From assembly GCA_002269645.1 (NCBI GenBank), contig NIVC01003060.1, positions 1 through 49,786 of the forward strand: a stretch of DNA of 49,786 nucleotides. The letters run 5' to 3'. This DNA is from Macrostomum lignano (lineage: Eukaryota). Of the stretch, positions 22,501-35,503 are shown piece after piece. Both the position numbers and the translations under genes were made by a program. Under the pieces are notes generated by a model. The model saw only the letters and a list, made by a program, of their open reading frames with translations. It did no database searches and had not been told where the DNA came from. How positions within the stretch are numbered: position 1 is the first letter of the stretch; each line of letters begins with the position of its first letter.

Positions 22501-23962
22501 GTGAATGTTCGGGTTTGTGAATGTTCGGGTTTGTGAATGTTCGGGTTTGTGAATGTTCGGGTTTGTGAATGTCTGGGTTTGTGAATGTCTGGGTTTGTGA
22601 ATGTCTGGGTTTATGAATGTCTGGGTTTGTGAATTTCTGGGTTTGTGAATGTCTGGGTTTGTGAATATCTGGGTTTGTGAATGTCTGGGTTTATGAATGT
22701 CTGGGTTTGTGAATATCTGGGTTTGTGAATATCTGGGTTTGTGAATGTCCGGGTTTGTGAATGTCCGGGCTTGTGAATGTCCGAGTTTGTGAATGCCCAG
22801 CTTTGTGAATCGTAGAGATTACCCCCCCCCCAAATAATGAGGTCATTCAAGCAGACAGCAGCATTGATATGCTCAGCCAGTGAGGCGGGCCTGCAGTGCT
22901 GTAGAAGACCCACCGCTCCTGCAGCAAGGGCCATTAAACTGCCCGCAGAGGCCCCCCCCCCCGACTGTCAGGTGTCAGTGCAGGGCGCCACTTCCCTGCT
23001 GCGGGACGAGGCTGCGGTGGCCTGCTGGACAATAAACTTTACAGCCTGGGCCGTGTCCGGGTGGGCAGAGCAGGGGAGAAAGTTGCCACCCTCGATGGCG
23101 CCTCCCAGCAAAGCCTGAACTTTTCATTCGTTTCCCATAAACGGATTTCATAAGCCCGCACTCAGACAATGGGGCTGCGATGGGCTGCCCCAGTGTAGCA
23201 CAGAGCAGTATAATGCGTGACTGCTCACGGAACCCCAACTGCCTCCAGCTCAGTTTAAAACTCCACCTGCCTCTGTTTTATGGACCAATTAAACTCGCTT
23301 AATCACTGCAGAACCCACCTCCCCCGACTTCCGCTCCCGCAGACTCTCTGCTCCATCACCACCATCCCCACCCACGAGCTGGCGGCCACCTGGAGCCACC
23401 GGTGCTGCTGCCCGTCAGCCCCATGGGCCGCTGCTTCGCTGGTCTGAAGCGTCCGGCAGCCGACGGCGCCTCCGCCGACCTGCAGGACCTGCCGGAGGAC
23501 CGGCGGCCCCGGCTGGAAGGCTGGGGCAGCGGCCGCGGGGGTGGCAGCACCATCCACCACTACAGATCCGCCTTCGACCAGCACCAGCAGCACCAGCTTC
23601 ATCACCAGCTGCATCACCAGCCGCATCAGAGCTGCGATTTCAGCTGCCTGGCAGCCGCAGCCGCTGCCGCTGCCGCGAGCCACTGCCGCTCCGGCGGGCC
23701 GGCCCGCCACCACCAGCTCGGGGGACCCCCGCCGCCTCCGCTGCCGCGCGCTCCGTACGGCGGCCTGTTCTGGCCGGGCCTCTTCCCGCCCGGGCCGCCT
23801 ACGTCGCCGCCGCCGATGCCACCGCTGCCGGCTTCCCAAAGAAGCTTCGAGCCTCTGACTTCGGCCGGAGCCGCTTCGCCAGCTTCGGCAGCTTCAGCAG
23901 CGCCGGCCGCCAGCCCCAAGAAGAAGAAGGGGTTCCTCATTCACCAGATCATGGCGGACTGA
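10563..23962 (+). CDS. Tbx2/3: T-box transcription factor, Tbx2/3 (optomotor-blind) subfamily; exons 10563-10909, 15942-16209, 16734-16880, 17605-17684, 19381-19508, 23343-23962 (~529 aa from ATG 10563)
   Basis: The spliced T-box reads [43 protein letters not shown]...[22 protein letters not shown]...[10 protein letters not shown]...[12 protein letters not shown]...[35 protein letters not shown]. All introns are GT-AG with matching phases. The first exon may begin at an acceptor at 10537, so an upstream coding exon is possible. AATAAA at 24430 and 24460. Confidence 0.93.
11046..13843. repeat. 30-bp satellite array (GACCCTCTAGATCTGAGAGACTAAACTATA), ~90 copies, Tbx intron 1
   Basis: Directly visible. 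The first ~930 bp are essentially invariant and the 3' third is progressively degenerate. Confidence 0.98.
14843..15830. repeat. 15-bp minisatellite (GAATCTCACCTCTAT) with a 60-bp higher-order repeat
   Basis: Degenerate 15-mers. About five exact 60-bp four-mer units lie at ~15062-15360. Confidence 0.93.
16220..16660. repeat. GGGATCAAATCAG-type degenerate minisatellite, Tbx intron 2
   Basis: Tandem GGGATC/GGAATCAG variants. A partial second copy at 17689-17900 belongs to the duplication. Confidence 0.9.
17689..18810 (+). other. Second copy of a ~1.24-kb intragenic tandem duplication; contains an exact copy of Tbx exon 16734-16880 at 17973-18119 and an indel-ridden copy of exon 17605-17684 at ~18745-18800
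   Basis: Exon and flanks are identical at an offset of 1239 bp. Downstream intron copies differ by many indels. Confidence 0.9.
22280..22810. repeat. 16-bp minisatellite (GGGTTTGTGAATGTCC), last Tbx intron
   Basis: About 33 tandem copies with variants. Confidence 0.95.
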
Positions 23963-24861
23963 GGCCGCGCACTCCGCGACTGTCAGCTTTGATGGCAAAC
24001 TAGTCAGTATCTGCATTGGTGTTCGTGTAAATACTGTTTGAACAGCTGGTCCCTTGTGTTTTTAACGTCGTAAATGAGTCCCTAATCCCCTCATTCGCAA
24101 AGCTCTCCTATTGCCATGGCTGCACTGCCGAGTACACACAGAGCCGTGGGCGCGCCCAGCTCAGCTGTAGAGCAGGTCTTTTCTGATGCATTGATGTTGA
24201 TTGTTTCTACTGTAACTCTTTCGAGCAATTCCTTCTCTGCTGTCGCTTATTCGTTGTCGTGTCAGTTTTGGCTTTGATTTTGAAGCCGGCGAGCGCCATG
24301 CGGGCGGTGAACTGCGCCCCAGCAGCATGGCGCATGTCTTTGTGTTGTCGTCTTTGTCTGACACGGTCGAGTGAGTGGAGCTGCCGCACCTTCATATTGG
24401 CGGTAATATGATGACATTTTATCTGCGCTAATAAATTATATATGATTACATTATAATTCAATAAAACTTTGTCGGAATCTAGTATTCGATGTGCGTCCCT
24501 TGTTGAGCATTCTATCTGATATCAAAGCTAACACTATAAAAACTTACGGAGTGAATTTTTTTGAAGCTCAAATGAAACCCGCTGGGTTCGGCGGGTCCTG
24601 ACTGGAATTGATTTATCGGGGTGGTCAAGCTGGGAGTGGAGAGTGGAGGCCGGTCTGTCACAGCTCCACATCTTAGATGACGGGTCCAGCTTCCTTGGGA
24701 TTTGCCGCACGAAAGCTTTGAAGCTTCACCCACTGGTCATTCCCGTGGGTGCTAGGAATCGATTTTTTTAAAAACCAAACTGAGGTGGATAAGAATCGAA
24801 CCACATCCTACTGACTCAGTGATTTACGGACGACTTCTGTGATTTAAAGACAGCTTCTTTG

Positions 24862-25465
24862 GTCCCCGGACAGCTTCGATGATCCCGGTCAGCTTTGATG
24901 ATTCCCGGACAGCTTCTATGGTCTCCGGACAGCTTCTATGGTCTCCGGACAGCTTCTATAGTCTCCGGACAGCTTCTATGGTCTCCGGACAGCTTCTATA
25001 GTCTCCGGACAGCTTCTATGGTTCCTCCAAAGCCTCTATATGGTTCCCCCAAAGCCTCTATGGTTCCCCCAAAGCCTCTATGGTTCCCCAAAGCCTCTAT
25101 GGTTCCCCCAAAGCCTCTATGGTTCCCCCAAAGCCTCTATGGTTCCCCCAAAGCCTCTATGGTTCCCCCAAAGCCTCTATGGTTCCCCCAAAGCCTCTAT
25201 GGTTCCCCCAAAGCCTCTATGGTTCCCCCAAAGCCTCTATCTATGGTTCCCCCAAAGCCTCTATGGTTCCCCCAAAGCCTCTATCTATGGTTCCCCCAAA
25301 GCCTCTTTGGTTCCTCCAAAGCCTCTATGGTTCCCCCAAAGCCTCTATGGTTCCCCCAAAGCCTCTATGGTTCCCCCAAAGCCTCTATGGTTCCCCCAAA
25401 GCCTCTATAGTTACCGCAAAGCTTCTATGTATCCCGGACATCTTCTTTGGTTCCCGGACAGCTTC
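24862..25465. repeat. 20-bp minisatellite with two variant classes (GGACAGCTTCTATGGTCTCC and CAAAGCCTCTATGGTTCCCC)
   Basis: Tandem copies; variant A at both edges, variant B in the centre. Confidence 0.93.
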
Positions 25466-25552
25466 TGATGATGCGAAAGCCCTCAAAACAATACAGAAAG
25501 TAAAATATGTTTCAAGATTCATAAATTCTCCCGAAAAAACATGCGTGCTTTC

Positions 25553-25833
25553 AGAGACTGGTGGGAGAATTCAGGGACTGGTGGGAGCATTCAGGGACTG
25601 GTGGGAACATTCAGGGACTGGTGGGAGCATTCAGGGACTGGTGGGAACATTCAGGGACTGGTGGGAACATTCAGGGACTGGTGGGAGCATTCAGGGACTG
25701 GTGGGAACATTCAGGGACTGGTGGGAGCATTCAGAGACTGGTGGGAGCATTCAGGGACTGGTGGGAGCATTCAGGGACTGGTGGGAGTATTCAGGGACTG
25801 GTGGGAGTATTCAGGGACTCATTGGAGTATTCA
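25553..25833. repeat. 20-bp minisatellite (CAGGGACTGGTGGGAGCATT)
   Basis: About 14 tandem copies. Confidence 0.95.
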
Positions 25834-26997
25834 AGGCCTCGGGAGCGATTCAGAATGCCATCAGACTCACAAGACTGGCAGCTCTGAGTCTCAGCAGCTC
25901 ACATTCGGCCAGCAGGCCGGGCAATCTGAGGCTCTCACCTTCCTCTTCCCAGTCTCTGCCCCCCCCCCCGGAACCCGGGAGCTGCGGCCATGGAAGTCAC
26001 GCCATCCGCCACCCGGCTGGCTGGCTCCGCTAAGTGTCCTCGCCGCCGCTGCCGCCTCATTTCGATTCTCCCATCTCAGCGGGCTGAAAAAACTCCCCAG
26101 CTGCAGCAGCGGTGTCGTGACAACTTTGCCTGGATGAATCCCAGATGCGGGATGCAGGCCTGCTGGGCGGGTGGCAACGGCAGGTGATGAAGGCGATTCT
26201 GACACGCCCAGGTGGCAACTCCGGGCCGGGGCTGCCGGCAGAGACAGCAGGTGAGAGACAGCAGAGAGGGAGAGAAAAAGCGCAAGCAAAATCGATGGCA
26301 ATTTCGGCACAGCTGCCGGGCTCCGGGCTGGGGGGGGGGCGCCGCGCGCTTTTTGCTGCAACACTTTTAGGGGCTGGCGGCCGGCGGCTTCAAACAGTGC
26401 GGCGGCGCCCGAGCTTCTCAAGGCGATTTCATTTCCACGCGTGAGGTGGCGGAGCCGGCCGGGTCCCACGGATCTCATGGACTATCCTCGAATGTTTGCC
26501 AGAGACCCTTTGTTCACCCCTGCTCCCCCCCCACATCTCCAGCCTCCCGCTTGAGCAATCAGCGGTTCGGAAATCCGATAGGCGATCGAGAAAGCGCACA
26601 GGGGAAATTGAGAAAGCTTGAGCAGGTTTGGACAGGACAGTGCCGCGTGTGTTAATCGCCCCCCCCAGCGCCTGGCAACGTCCTCCGCTGCCACATGGAG
26701 ACGGTGACGTTGCATCCAGAAAAACCAGCCCGTGCATTTCAGGCGCCTCCGACCAGTAGATAAACTGCCGGAATGGCCAAGGAGACCGGCACCCAGATCC
26801 TGCTCCTGATAGTATTCCATGGCTCCTGTTCCGAGAAGGCTGAAAGCTGCCAAGCCAGAACAGTTAATTGGGCTCTTATCTGCCTCTGCCGGCTGGCCGG
26901 CTCCGCCTCTTTATCGGCGCTAAATTATCGCTGACACGGTGGCCGATTATATTTCGCTTGGCCCTGCTGGCACTTCTGTAGCTTGTTTGATGATTGC

Positions 26998-28075
26998 CGC
27001 CTCTGTGTGCCTCCTCATCTGCCTCTGCAGCTCACTCTGTGCCTGCTCACCTGCCTCTGCAGCTCACTCTGTGCCTGCTCACCTGCCTCTGCAGCTCACT
27101 CTGTGTGCCTGCTCACCTGCATCTGCAGCTCACTCTGTGTGCCTGCTCACCTGCATCTGCAGCTCACTCTGTGTGCCTGCTTACCTGCATCTGCAGCTCA
27201 CTCTGTGCCTCCTCATCTGCATCTGCAGCTCACTCTATGCCTCCTCATCTGCCTCTGCAGCTCACTCTGTGCCTCATCTGCCTCTGCAGCTCACTCTGTG
27301 CCTCCTCATCTGCCTCTGCAGCTCACTCTGTGCCTCCTCATCTGCCTCTGCAGCTCACTCTGTGCCTCCTCATCTGCCTCTGCAGCTCACTCTGTGCCTC
27401 CTCACCTGCCTCTGCAGCTCACTCTGTGCCTCCTCATCTGCCTCTGCAGCTCACTCTGTGCCTCCTCATCTGCCTCTGCAGCTCACTCTGTGCCTCCTCA
27501 TCTGCCTCTGCAGCTCACTCTGTGCCTCCTCACTGCCTCTGCAGCTCACTCTGTGCCTCCTCATCTGCCTCTGCAGCTCACTCTGTGCCTCCTCATCTGC
27601 CTCTGCAGCTCACTCTGTGCCTCCTCACCTGCCTCTGCAGCTCACTCTGTGTGCCTCCTCATCTGCCTCTGCAGCTCACTCTGTGCCTCCTCACTGCCTC
27701 TGCAGCTCACTCTGTGCCTCTCATCTGCCTCTGCAGCTCACTCTGTGCCTCCTCATCTGCCTCTGCAGCTCACTCTGTGCCTCCTCATCTGCCTCTGCAG
27801 CTCACTCTGTGCCTCCTCATCTGCTCTGCAGCTCACTCTGTGCCTGCTCATGCATCTCAGCTCACTCTGTGTGCCTGCTCACCTGCCTCTCCAGCTCACT
27901 CTGTGTGCCTGCTCACCTCTCTCCAGCTCACTCTCTCCATCCTCTCTCATCTCTCCATCATCTCTCATCTCTCATCTCTCCATCCTCTCTCATCTCTCGT
28001 CTCTGCATCCTCTCTCATCTCTCCATCCTCTCTCATCTCTCCATCATCTCTCGTCTCTGCATCCTCTCTCATCTT
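26998..28075. repeat. ~32-bp minisatellite (CTGCCTCTGCAGCTCACTCTGTGCCTCCTCAT) grading into a CT-rich low-complexity tract
   Basis: About 29 copies to ~27930, then CTCTCTCATCTCTCCATC-type repeats. Confidence 0.93.
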
Positions 28076-29258
28076 CCTTGTCTTCTCAGCGGCTTTTCAA
28101 ATCTTGCGGAACCCCGGCTGCTCCATGTGCTTGCGCGCATGCCAAAGCTTTTACGACAAACTTCTCTTGTATTTTATTTCCCTGCTCTCATAGCAATGTT
28201 TGCTTTATTGACTGCTTTTTCTAATCACCTGGCCGCGTGCCCCCTCCCAGTGACTTCATGCTTTCCCTGCCTGCTCATGACAGCGGAGACTTTGTCTGAG
28301 CTGCCTCAAACCTCATTTGATTGTCATGAATGCCCGGCCCATAAAGCCGCCCCCATTCCACCCCTCAGCTTTTGTTTCTCTGCCCGCCCCTCTCCAGGGT
28401 TTATGCCCGAATTGCCCTGTGTTGCATAATGACCTGGGGGGCCCAGGCCATGCATTATGCATCTGGGGTGCTCACTTGGCCAGCTTTGCAGCCCGTGTTT
28501 ATCACCAATTCTAATCTGCCCGCCCCATCGCATTGTCCGAGATCTTCACGACTCGATTAACTCTCGCTTGAGCACAGCTCAAATTCATTGAGCCTGCTGC
28601 GTGTTGCGCGCCAGTCCGCGTGCCAAAACCCCAGTTTTATTTTGAGCCCCAGCCAGCGGGAGACACGGGCGCCCCCGCCCACCCGGAGTTATGGAGGCCG
28701 CCCCCCGAATCTTCCAGTTGAGCGGCCTGGGAGGTGCCAGTGCCCCCACCCGGTCCCAGGTGCTGTTGCCGGGGGGGGGCGCTAAGCCTGCAATTATCCC
28801 TGCAGCACTGGCCGGTTATTGACAAGCCAGTGTGTCATAATTGCATAGCTGGGCAGCACAGTATCCATTCGTTTTAATTTAAATTCATTTCTAATAATAA
28901 TTAGTACGTAACTTTTTCTGAACGAAAGTACCAGGTGTTTAATCAATGGTGACTACTAGCTTTACTCAGTAGTATCTATCGAAAAGCGGTTTAAAGAGCA
29001 GGAAAATTGTTTCATATTTTTTTACCTCGAATTTAGCCAGAATTTAGCCAAAATGCTTGTATGCAAGGTTTGCGGGAGTAAATTACAAGTACGTGGAGCT
29101 CTTTGAAAATATTTGCCGAAGGACAGAATAGTTGGATAACAGCTCAATAACTGTGAGGATTTTGTACAGCATATTGCACTACAGGTACATGCGGTCAGTC
29201 TGTTGAGCAAACGGTAGGTTGGGTGAGATAACAGAGCTGGACAAATTGATAGTTTGTA

Positions 29259-29772
<514 letters not shown>

Positions 29773-29780
29773 ACGGGCCG

Positions 29781-30158
29781 TCACCACCTGGGCGGGTAGC
29801 CGCCGGCCTCGCCGCCTTTTCGCTGCACCGGCGCCGCCCTGGCTTGGCGGGTGCGCCCGGCCTGGGACTCTGTTGCCGGCCAGGTCTGGCTGTCGCCCCC
29901 GCGGCAGCAGTTGGGGCAGGCGTCCGGCTTGTAGGCCACCACGGTGACTGTTAACATGGCAACCGCCATCACTAAGGAGACGCCCAACATGACATAGCCG
30001 CCAATTCCGCCCAGGGCGCTGGTGTTGAGGTCCACGACTAGCAGGATGATGCTGAGCACGGTGATGAAGATGGAGCCGATCAGCATCCCCAGCAGGCATC
30101 GCCGCCTCGGGCAGCAGCCGCAGCAGTCGTTCTCGCTGCTGTCCTTGGACGGGCACAT
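29781..30158 (-). CDS. Small Cys-flanked two-transmembrane protein of unknown family (125 aa, or spliced to a short last exon 29236-29179)
   Basis: GC3-rich ORF directly behind an acceptor (TTTTTCTAG|A ATG). Two hydrophobic segments (LLGMLIGSIFITVLSIILLVV; YVMLGVSLVMAVAMLTVTVV) are flanked by CCGCC and CPNCC. No recognised domain. Confidence 0.55.
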   Translation of the reverse strand: MCPSKDSSENDCCGCCPRRRCLLGMLIGSIFITVLSIILLVVDLNTSALGGIGGYVMLGVSLVMAVAMLTVTVVAYKPDACPNCCRGGDSQTWPATESQAGRTRQARAAPVQRKGGEAGGYPPRW

Positions 30159-30602
30159 TCTAGAAAAATGTCACGTACTAGTGGGTAATTCTAGCCAGCT
30201 TTTACCGCGCTGGATGGTGAGAAGAGGGGCCGGAGAGGTTCGGAATTTATGGCCACGGCGCCGGGGGTGGGGCCGCTGCTCTCGTGGCCGGGCACTCCAA
30301 CAATGAGAAGACATGAAGAGTTCATGGAAATAAGAGCGAAATATGAACTGCGGCTGCTGCTACAGGTGGGCGAGGCGCGCAAGAGGAGCAGTGGGGGGGG
30401 GGGTGGAGTGCATCTGCAGTCTCTGACAGCCCTACTTGTATTAAATTGTTTTTTGCCTGTCTGTATCAAAAAAGACAACTTGAGCAAGTATTCATATATT
30501 TTGTGTCAGCGGAGCAGGACTGGCCTCTGCAATGCTGGGTTGGTTAGAAAATGCGCTAAATGCTCTGGGTGACAGCGGGCGGAGGTGAATTTAGTCCTTG
30601 GG

Positions 30603-31030
30603 AGGGAGAGCGGAGGAGAGGAGAGAGAGCGGGAGAGAGCGGAGGAGAGGAGAGAAAGAGCGGGAGAGAGCGGAGGAGAGGAGAGGGAGAGCGGGAGAGA
30701 GCGGAGGAGAGGAGAGGGAGAGCGGGAGAGAGCGGAGGAGAGGAGAGGAAGAGCGGGAGAGAGCGGAGGAGAGGAGAGGGAGAGCGGGAGAGAGCGGAGG
30801 AGAGGAGAGGGAGAGCGGGAGAGAGCGGAGGAGAGGAGAGGAAGAGCGGGAGAGAGCGGAGGAGAGGAGAGGGACAGTGGGAGAGAGCGGAGGAGAGGAG
30901 AGGGAGAGCGGGAGAGAGCGGAGGAGAGGAGAGGGACAGTGGGAGAGAGCGGAGGAGAGGAGAGGGAGAGTGGGAGAGAGCGGAGGAGAGGAGAGGGAGA
31001 GCGGGAGAGAGCGGGGAGAGGAGAGGAAGA
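30603..31030. repeat. Purine-rich ~31-bp minisatellite (GAGAGCGGAGGAGAGGAGAGGGAGAGCGGGA)
   Basis: About 13-14 tandem copies. Confidence 0.93.
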
Positions 31031-31253
31031 GAAAGTTGGGATTTTGCTGATCCTGCCAAAAAGGCCGCCAGCCGGGTCCTTTGACGGGCACTGGCCGCGA
31101 ATGAAGCTGGCTGGACTTGAAGTGGTGCTGGCGCTGGCAGCCTCCCAGAGGCGATGCAATGCCCCCCCCCCAGGCCGTGACTGGCATCTCCCAAGTTGTT
31201 TACAGCGACTAAAACGAGTCAAGACGAGAAAGTGGCGAAGGCAGCGGCGAAGG

Positions 31254-31285
<32 letters not shown>

Positions 31286-31671
31286 ATTACGCGGTTCAGC
31301 GGCGGAGAAGACGGGCTTGACAGGCCGCAGCCCGCCGCAATTAAACAAAGCCGGAAGAGTTGCAAGCAGCGGGCCGGAGGCCTGTCAGATGATGCACCCT
31401 GGATGCAGCAGATAGCGGGATCAAGGAAGCTGAGATTTCGGTTCGTAACGCTTTATCTGTCTGTCTCCCAGACAGCCACGGGTTCGGCTTATCAGCTGCC
31501 TGTTGCCGAGCTGCACTTTCCCAGCAGGTGGGGGGGGGCAACATGCGGCTTAGCAGTCAGTCGAGGTCTGGCCGAGAAGCTTGAAGGTCAAAATAAGAAG
31601 GTGAATGGTAAAGTGCTGCGGATCGAGTCGCCAAGGAGTCAGTGCAGTGTCGGTATTGGAGTGGGTAAAGT

Positions 31672-32317
31672 GCCTTCAAAGTGCTGGTAAAGTGCCGGTA
31701 AAGTGCCGGTAAAGTGTCGGTAAGGTGCCGGTAAAGTGTCGGTAAAGTGTCGGTAAAGTGTCGGTAAAGTACCGGTAAGGTGCCGGTAAGGTGCCGGTAA
31801 AGTGTCGGTAAAGTGTCGGTAAGGTGCCGGTAAAGTGTCGGTGAGGTGCCGGTAAAGTGTCGGTAAAGTGTCGGTAAGGTGTCGGTAAGGTGCCGGTAAA
31901 GTGTCGGTAAAGTGTCGGTAAGGTGCCGGTAAAGTGTCGGTAAAGTGTCGGTAAGGTGCCGGTAAAGTGTCGGTAAAGTGTCGGTAAGGTGCCGGTAAAG
32001 TGTCAGTAAAGTGTCGGTAAGGTGTCGGTAAGGTGCCGGTAAAGTGTCAGTAAAGTGTCGGTAAGGTGCCGGTAAAGTGTCGGTAAAGTGTCGGTAAGGT
32101 GCCGGTAAAGTGTCGGTAAAGTGTCGGTAAGGTGCCGGTAAAGTGTCGGTGAGGTGCCGGTAAAGTGCCGGTAAAGTGTCGGTAAGGTGTCGGTAAGGTG
32201 CCGGTAAAGTGTCGGTAAAGTGTCGGTAAGGTGCCGGTAAAGTGTCGGTAAAGTGTCGGTAAGGTGCCGGTAAAGTGTCGGTAAAGTGTCGGTAAAGTGT
32301 CGGTAAAGTGCCGGTAA
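31672..32317. repeat. 11-bp minisatellite (GTAAAGTGTCG / GTAAGGTGCCG)
   Basis: About 58 tandem copies of two interleaved variants. Confidence 0.95.
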
Positions 32318-32585
32318 AGAGAATCGCATCAGCTCCAACAGCCTACAGGCGGGTTTCCCCAGCAGCTGCCTCTCTAAGTGAGCCGCCGGCCCATCCCCCA
32401 GCTGATTCTCCCAGCTGTCCCGCACGGCCGGTGCCGATCAATAAAATTAGCCTAAAAAGTTGAGCTGGCGGCCGAGAAGTCCTGCCGGGGCTTGTCCGCT
32501 AAATTGACTCAGGCTTTGATGGGGCACAAAAGACAACACTGAGGGCAAGGGGAGGGGAGGCGGTGTGTGGGGTTGGCAGATGGGA

Positions 32586-32920
32586 TATTATAAACTCAGG
32601 CCTCCCCGTATCCCAAGGAACCAGCCAGCCAATGACGCAGATGGGGAGCGGCAGCCCAATGCCCGTATTCCCACACAGGGGAAACTTATTATCACCCAGG
32701 GCACTGTGGGCAGCCAGCCATTTTCCTTATTCTTTAGAAGAGCAGGCGGATCCTCCTGCCCTCTGTAGAGTACTGATAGGAGCTCAGTGGAAATTGTATG
32801 ATTAAAGCTTATTCATTGTCTGGACAGCTAGACAGTCAGACAGACAGCCAGACAGAAGGGTCGAAAACAGCCAAAGAAACGAATTCCTGCACTGAGAATG
32901 CTGCTCATAATGAGGTGAGT
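32586..32920 (+). promoter_or_regulatory. Possible TATA box and non-coding first exon upstream of tolloid
   Basis: TATAAA at 32589-32594 and a strong donor GAG|GTGAGT at 32915, followed by a minisatellite-filled region like other introns. No coding evidence. Confidence 0.25.
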
Positions 32921-33109
32921 TTCAGTTAATAAACTAACCTAACTAGCTTAGCTGTGAGCAATGCAAACCCTGAGTGTTAAAAATTATGAAATTTAAATAT
33001 CAAAATGTTGTTCCTGGAATCCTGGCTTTTAGCTGCGTTTCAGGGCCTCTAGATACGTACCTCCAGATGAGTTCAGGATCTCCAGATGAGTTCCAGGATC
33101 TTCAAATGA

Positions 33110-33612
33110 GTTTCAGCTAGAGTGATGTCAGGGTCCCAGCTGGAGTGATGTCAGATTGACAGGGTCTCAGCTGGAGTGATGTCAGATTGACAGGGTCTCA
33201 GCTGGAGTGATGTCTGGGTCTCAGCTGGAGTGATGTCAGATTGTCAGGCTCTCAGCTGGAGTGATGTCTGGGTCTCAGCTGGAGTGATGTCTGGGTCTCA
33301 GCTGGAGTGATGTCAGATTGTCAGGCTCTCAGCTGGAGTGATGTCTGGGTCTCAGCTGGAGTGATGTCAGATTGTCAGGGTCTGAGCTGGAGTGATGTCA
33401 GATTGTCAGGGTCTGAGCTGGAGTGATGTCAGGGTCTCAGCTGAGTGATGTCAGATTGTCAGGGTCTGAGCTGGAGTGATGTCAGGGTCTCAGCTGGAGT
33501 GATGTCAGATTGACAGGGTCTCAGCTGGAGTGATGTCAGATTGTCAGGGTCTCAGCTGGAGTGATGTCAGGGTCTCAGCTGGAGTGATGTCAGGGTCTCA
33601 GCTGGAGTGATG
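33110..33612. repeat. 20/31-bp minisatellite (CAGCTGGAGTGATGTCAG(ATTGTCAG)GGTCT)
   Basis: Tandem long and short variants. Confidence 0.92.
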
Positions 33613-34163
33613 CCATCCACGCCCGTCATATCGGCGCTGGAAGCAATTGCCGATGGGTGACAAACGCTGATGGAGTGGAGGCCCAGAGTCCGGTGCAAAG
33701 CAGCCCCTTCACTGACGGACCGGAATTCCAGCTGCGGGAAAGAGCAACCATTACAGAGGCAGGCAGTTGCCGTAGCCGATCCCCGACTATCCTCGGGGAT
33801 CAATCTTGTGCTGTCTGCGCTATTGGCTCTCCTTAGGTGCACAGGGAATCCTAAAGAAAAACAGAGCGCTGTAATTCACACCGGCAGCCTCCCAAACTTG
33901 CGTGTTGTATCGCCGTGGAGCCCGGGCTGGAACTGCCCGGCTCGGCCGGCTCCCCCTTGCATTACGAATATCGAGCCATAAAAATTCTGGCCTAGAAAGT
34001 TTCTTTTCTGAAATTTCTACGCTGAAAAGATGCTAAAAATATTGGATATAGCATTGTTATAGCTCTACCGCCACCGAACGCTTTTATAGTCACACTCAGC
34101 CGCGCGTGGCTTATCTTATCTGCCTCACTGCTGCAGTGATGACTCTTCCTTAGCTGCTAGCCC

Positions 34164-34420
34164 CACTCACTCACTCACCACTCACTCACTCACTCACTCA
34201 CTCACTCACTCACTCACTCACTCACTCACCACTCACTCACTCACTCACTCACTCACTCACTCACTCACTCACTCACTCACTCACTCACTCACTCACTCAC
34301 TCACTCACTCACTCATGAACTCATGAACTCATGAACTCATGAACTCACTCACTCACTCGTGAACTCATGAACTCATGAACTCATGAACTCATGAACTCAC
34401 TCACTCACTCGTGAACTCAC
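34164..34420. repeat. (ACTC)n microsatellite grading into (ACTCATGA)n
   Basis: Directly visible. Confidence 0.95.
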
Positions 34421-35059
34421 TCATGATCTCACTCATGATCTCACGCATGAGCTCACTTATACGCACGTTGCTCTTCATATTTACTTATGATTTCACTCAT
34501 AAACTCAGTCATGAATTCACCCAAGTACTCAGAAATGAAACCACGAACTCACGCTCTTGCTCACATGAACTCATTTTTAACTCACTCACAAAAAGGAGGT
34601 TTTTCTTATCCCTTAGGATTTCTTGCCCTGTTTAGAAAGAAAGCCCAGGTGCCTTCAGCATCCCCAGCATCTTTGTGCTGCTGTCTCGGGGGATTCGCCC
34701 GACAATAATTCTGATCCCACAGCGCCGGACCCCCCCAATGCCGGTGTGTTCCCTTGAGATTGAGAGATTAAGGCTGCAGACCGGGATTAGCATTTATAAT
34801 CCCGCGCGAGGGTTACCTGACATCTCGGCCGGGGGCTGCTCGGCAGAGAGAAAGCTGTGTCTGCCTGAGCTCCTGCCTCCCCCGTGCCTTCTCCATCTTT
34901 GCAAACGAATTCGGGAAATTTCATGACTGAGCGGAGCCGAGCGGTTATTGGGGAAGTGAAAAATTCTGAGTTGCGCAATGCGGCACAGTGTGCGATGGGA
35001 TTTATGAGATTTGAGTCACCTGAGTTCAGTGCTGTGGGAGCTGTCAAGTACGATGGAAG

Positions 35060-35400
35060 GCAGAGGGAGATGGGAGGGAGGGGGGAGATAGGAGGGGGAT
35101 GGGAGATGGGAGGGGATAAGAGGATCAGAGGGGGTGGGAGGGAGAGGGGGTATGAGGGAGATGAGAGGGAGAGGGGTGAGAGGGATATGGGAGGGGATGT
35201 GAGATGAGAGGGGATAAGAGGATCAGAGGGGGTGGGAGGGAGAGGGGGGTATGAGGGAGATGAGAGGGAGAGGGGGTGAGAGGGATATGGGAGGGGGATG
35301 TGAGATGAGAGGGGATGGGAGATGAGAAGGGATGGGAGATAAGAGGGGGTGGGATATGGGAGGAAGAGGGAGATGGGAGGAGAGGATGGGCAGAGAGAGT
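35060..35400. repeat. G/A-rich degenerate tandem repeat
   Basis: Purine-rich repeated blocks such as GGGATAAGAGGATCAGAGGGGGTGGGAGGGAGAGGGG. Confidence 0.8.
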
Positions 35401-35503
35401 GGTAGTAGGTGGAAGATGATGACAGATGAGGCAGAGAGGCTGAGGTGTAAGATGCAGTCCCATCTGTTCCAGGAGGGGGGCTGCGGCATCGCTGCGGGTG
35501 CTG

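Noticed and set aside
24780-24850. tRNA/SINE-like B-box (GGTTCGATTC on the minus strand; also GGTTCGAACC at ~46870)
   Set aside because: No A-box at proper spacing, no cloverleaf, no tail or TSD.
24895-28429. Long ORFs of 140-496 aa on the plus strand
   Set aside because: They are translations of 20-bp and 32-bp minisatellites, open in several frames at once.
30506-31690. Poly-Cys/poly-Gln/poly-Ala and ER-rich ORFs
   Set aside because: Derived from a GA-rich minisatellite and a short (CAG)n tract, with no coherent exon model.
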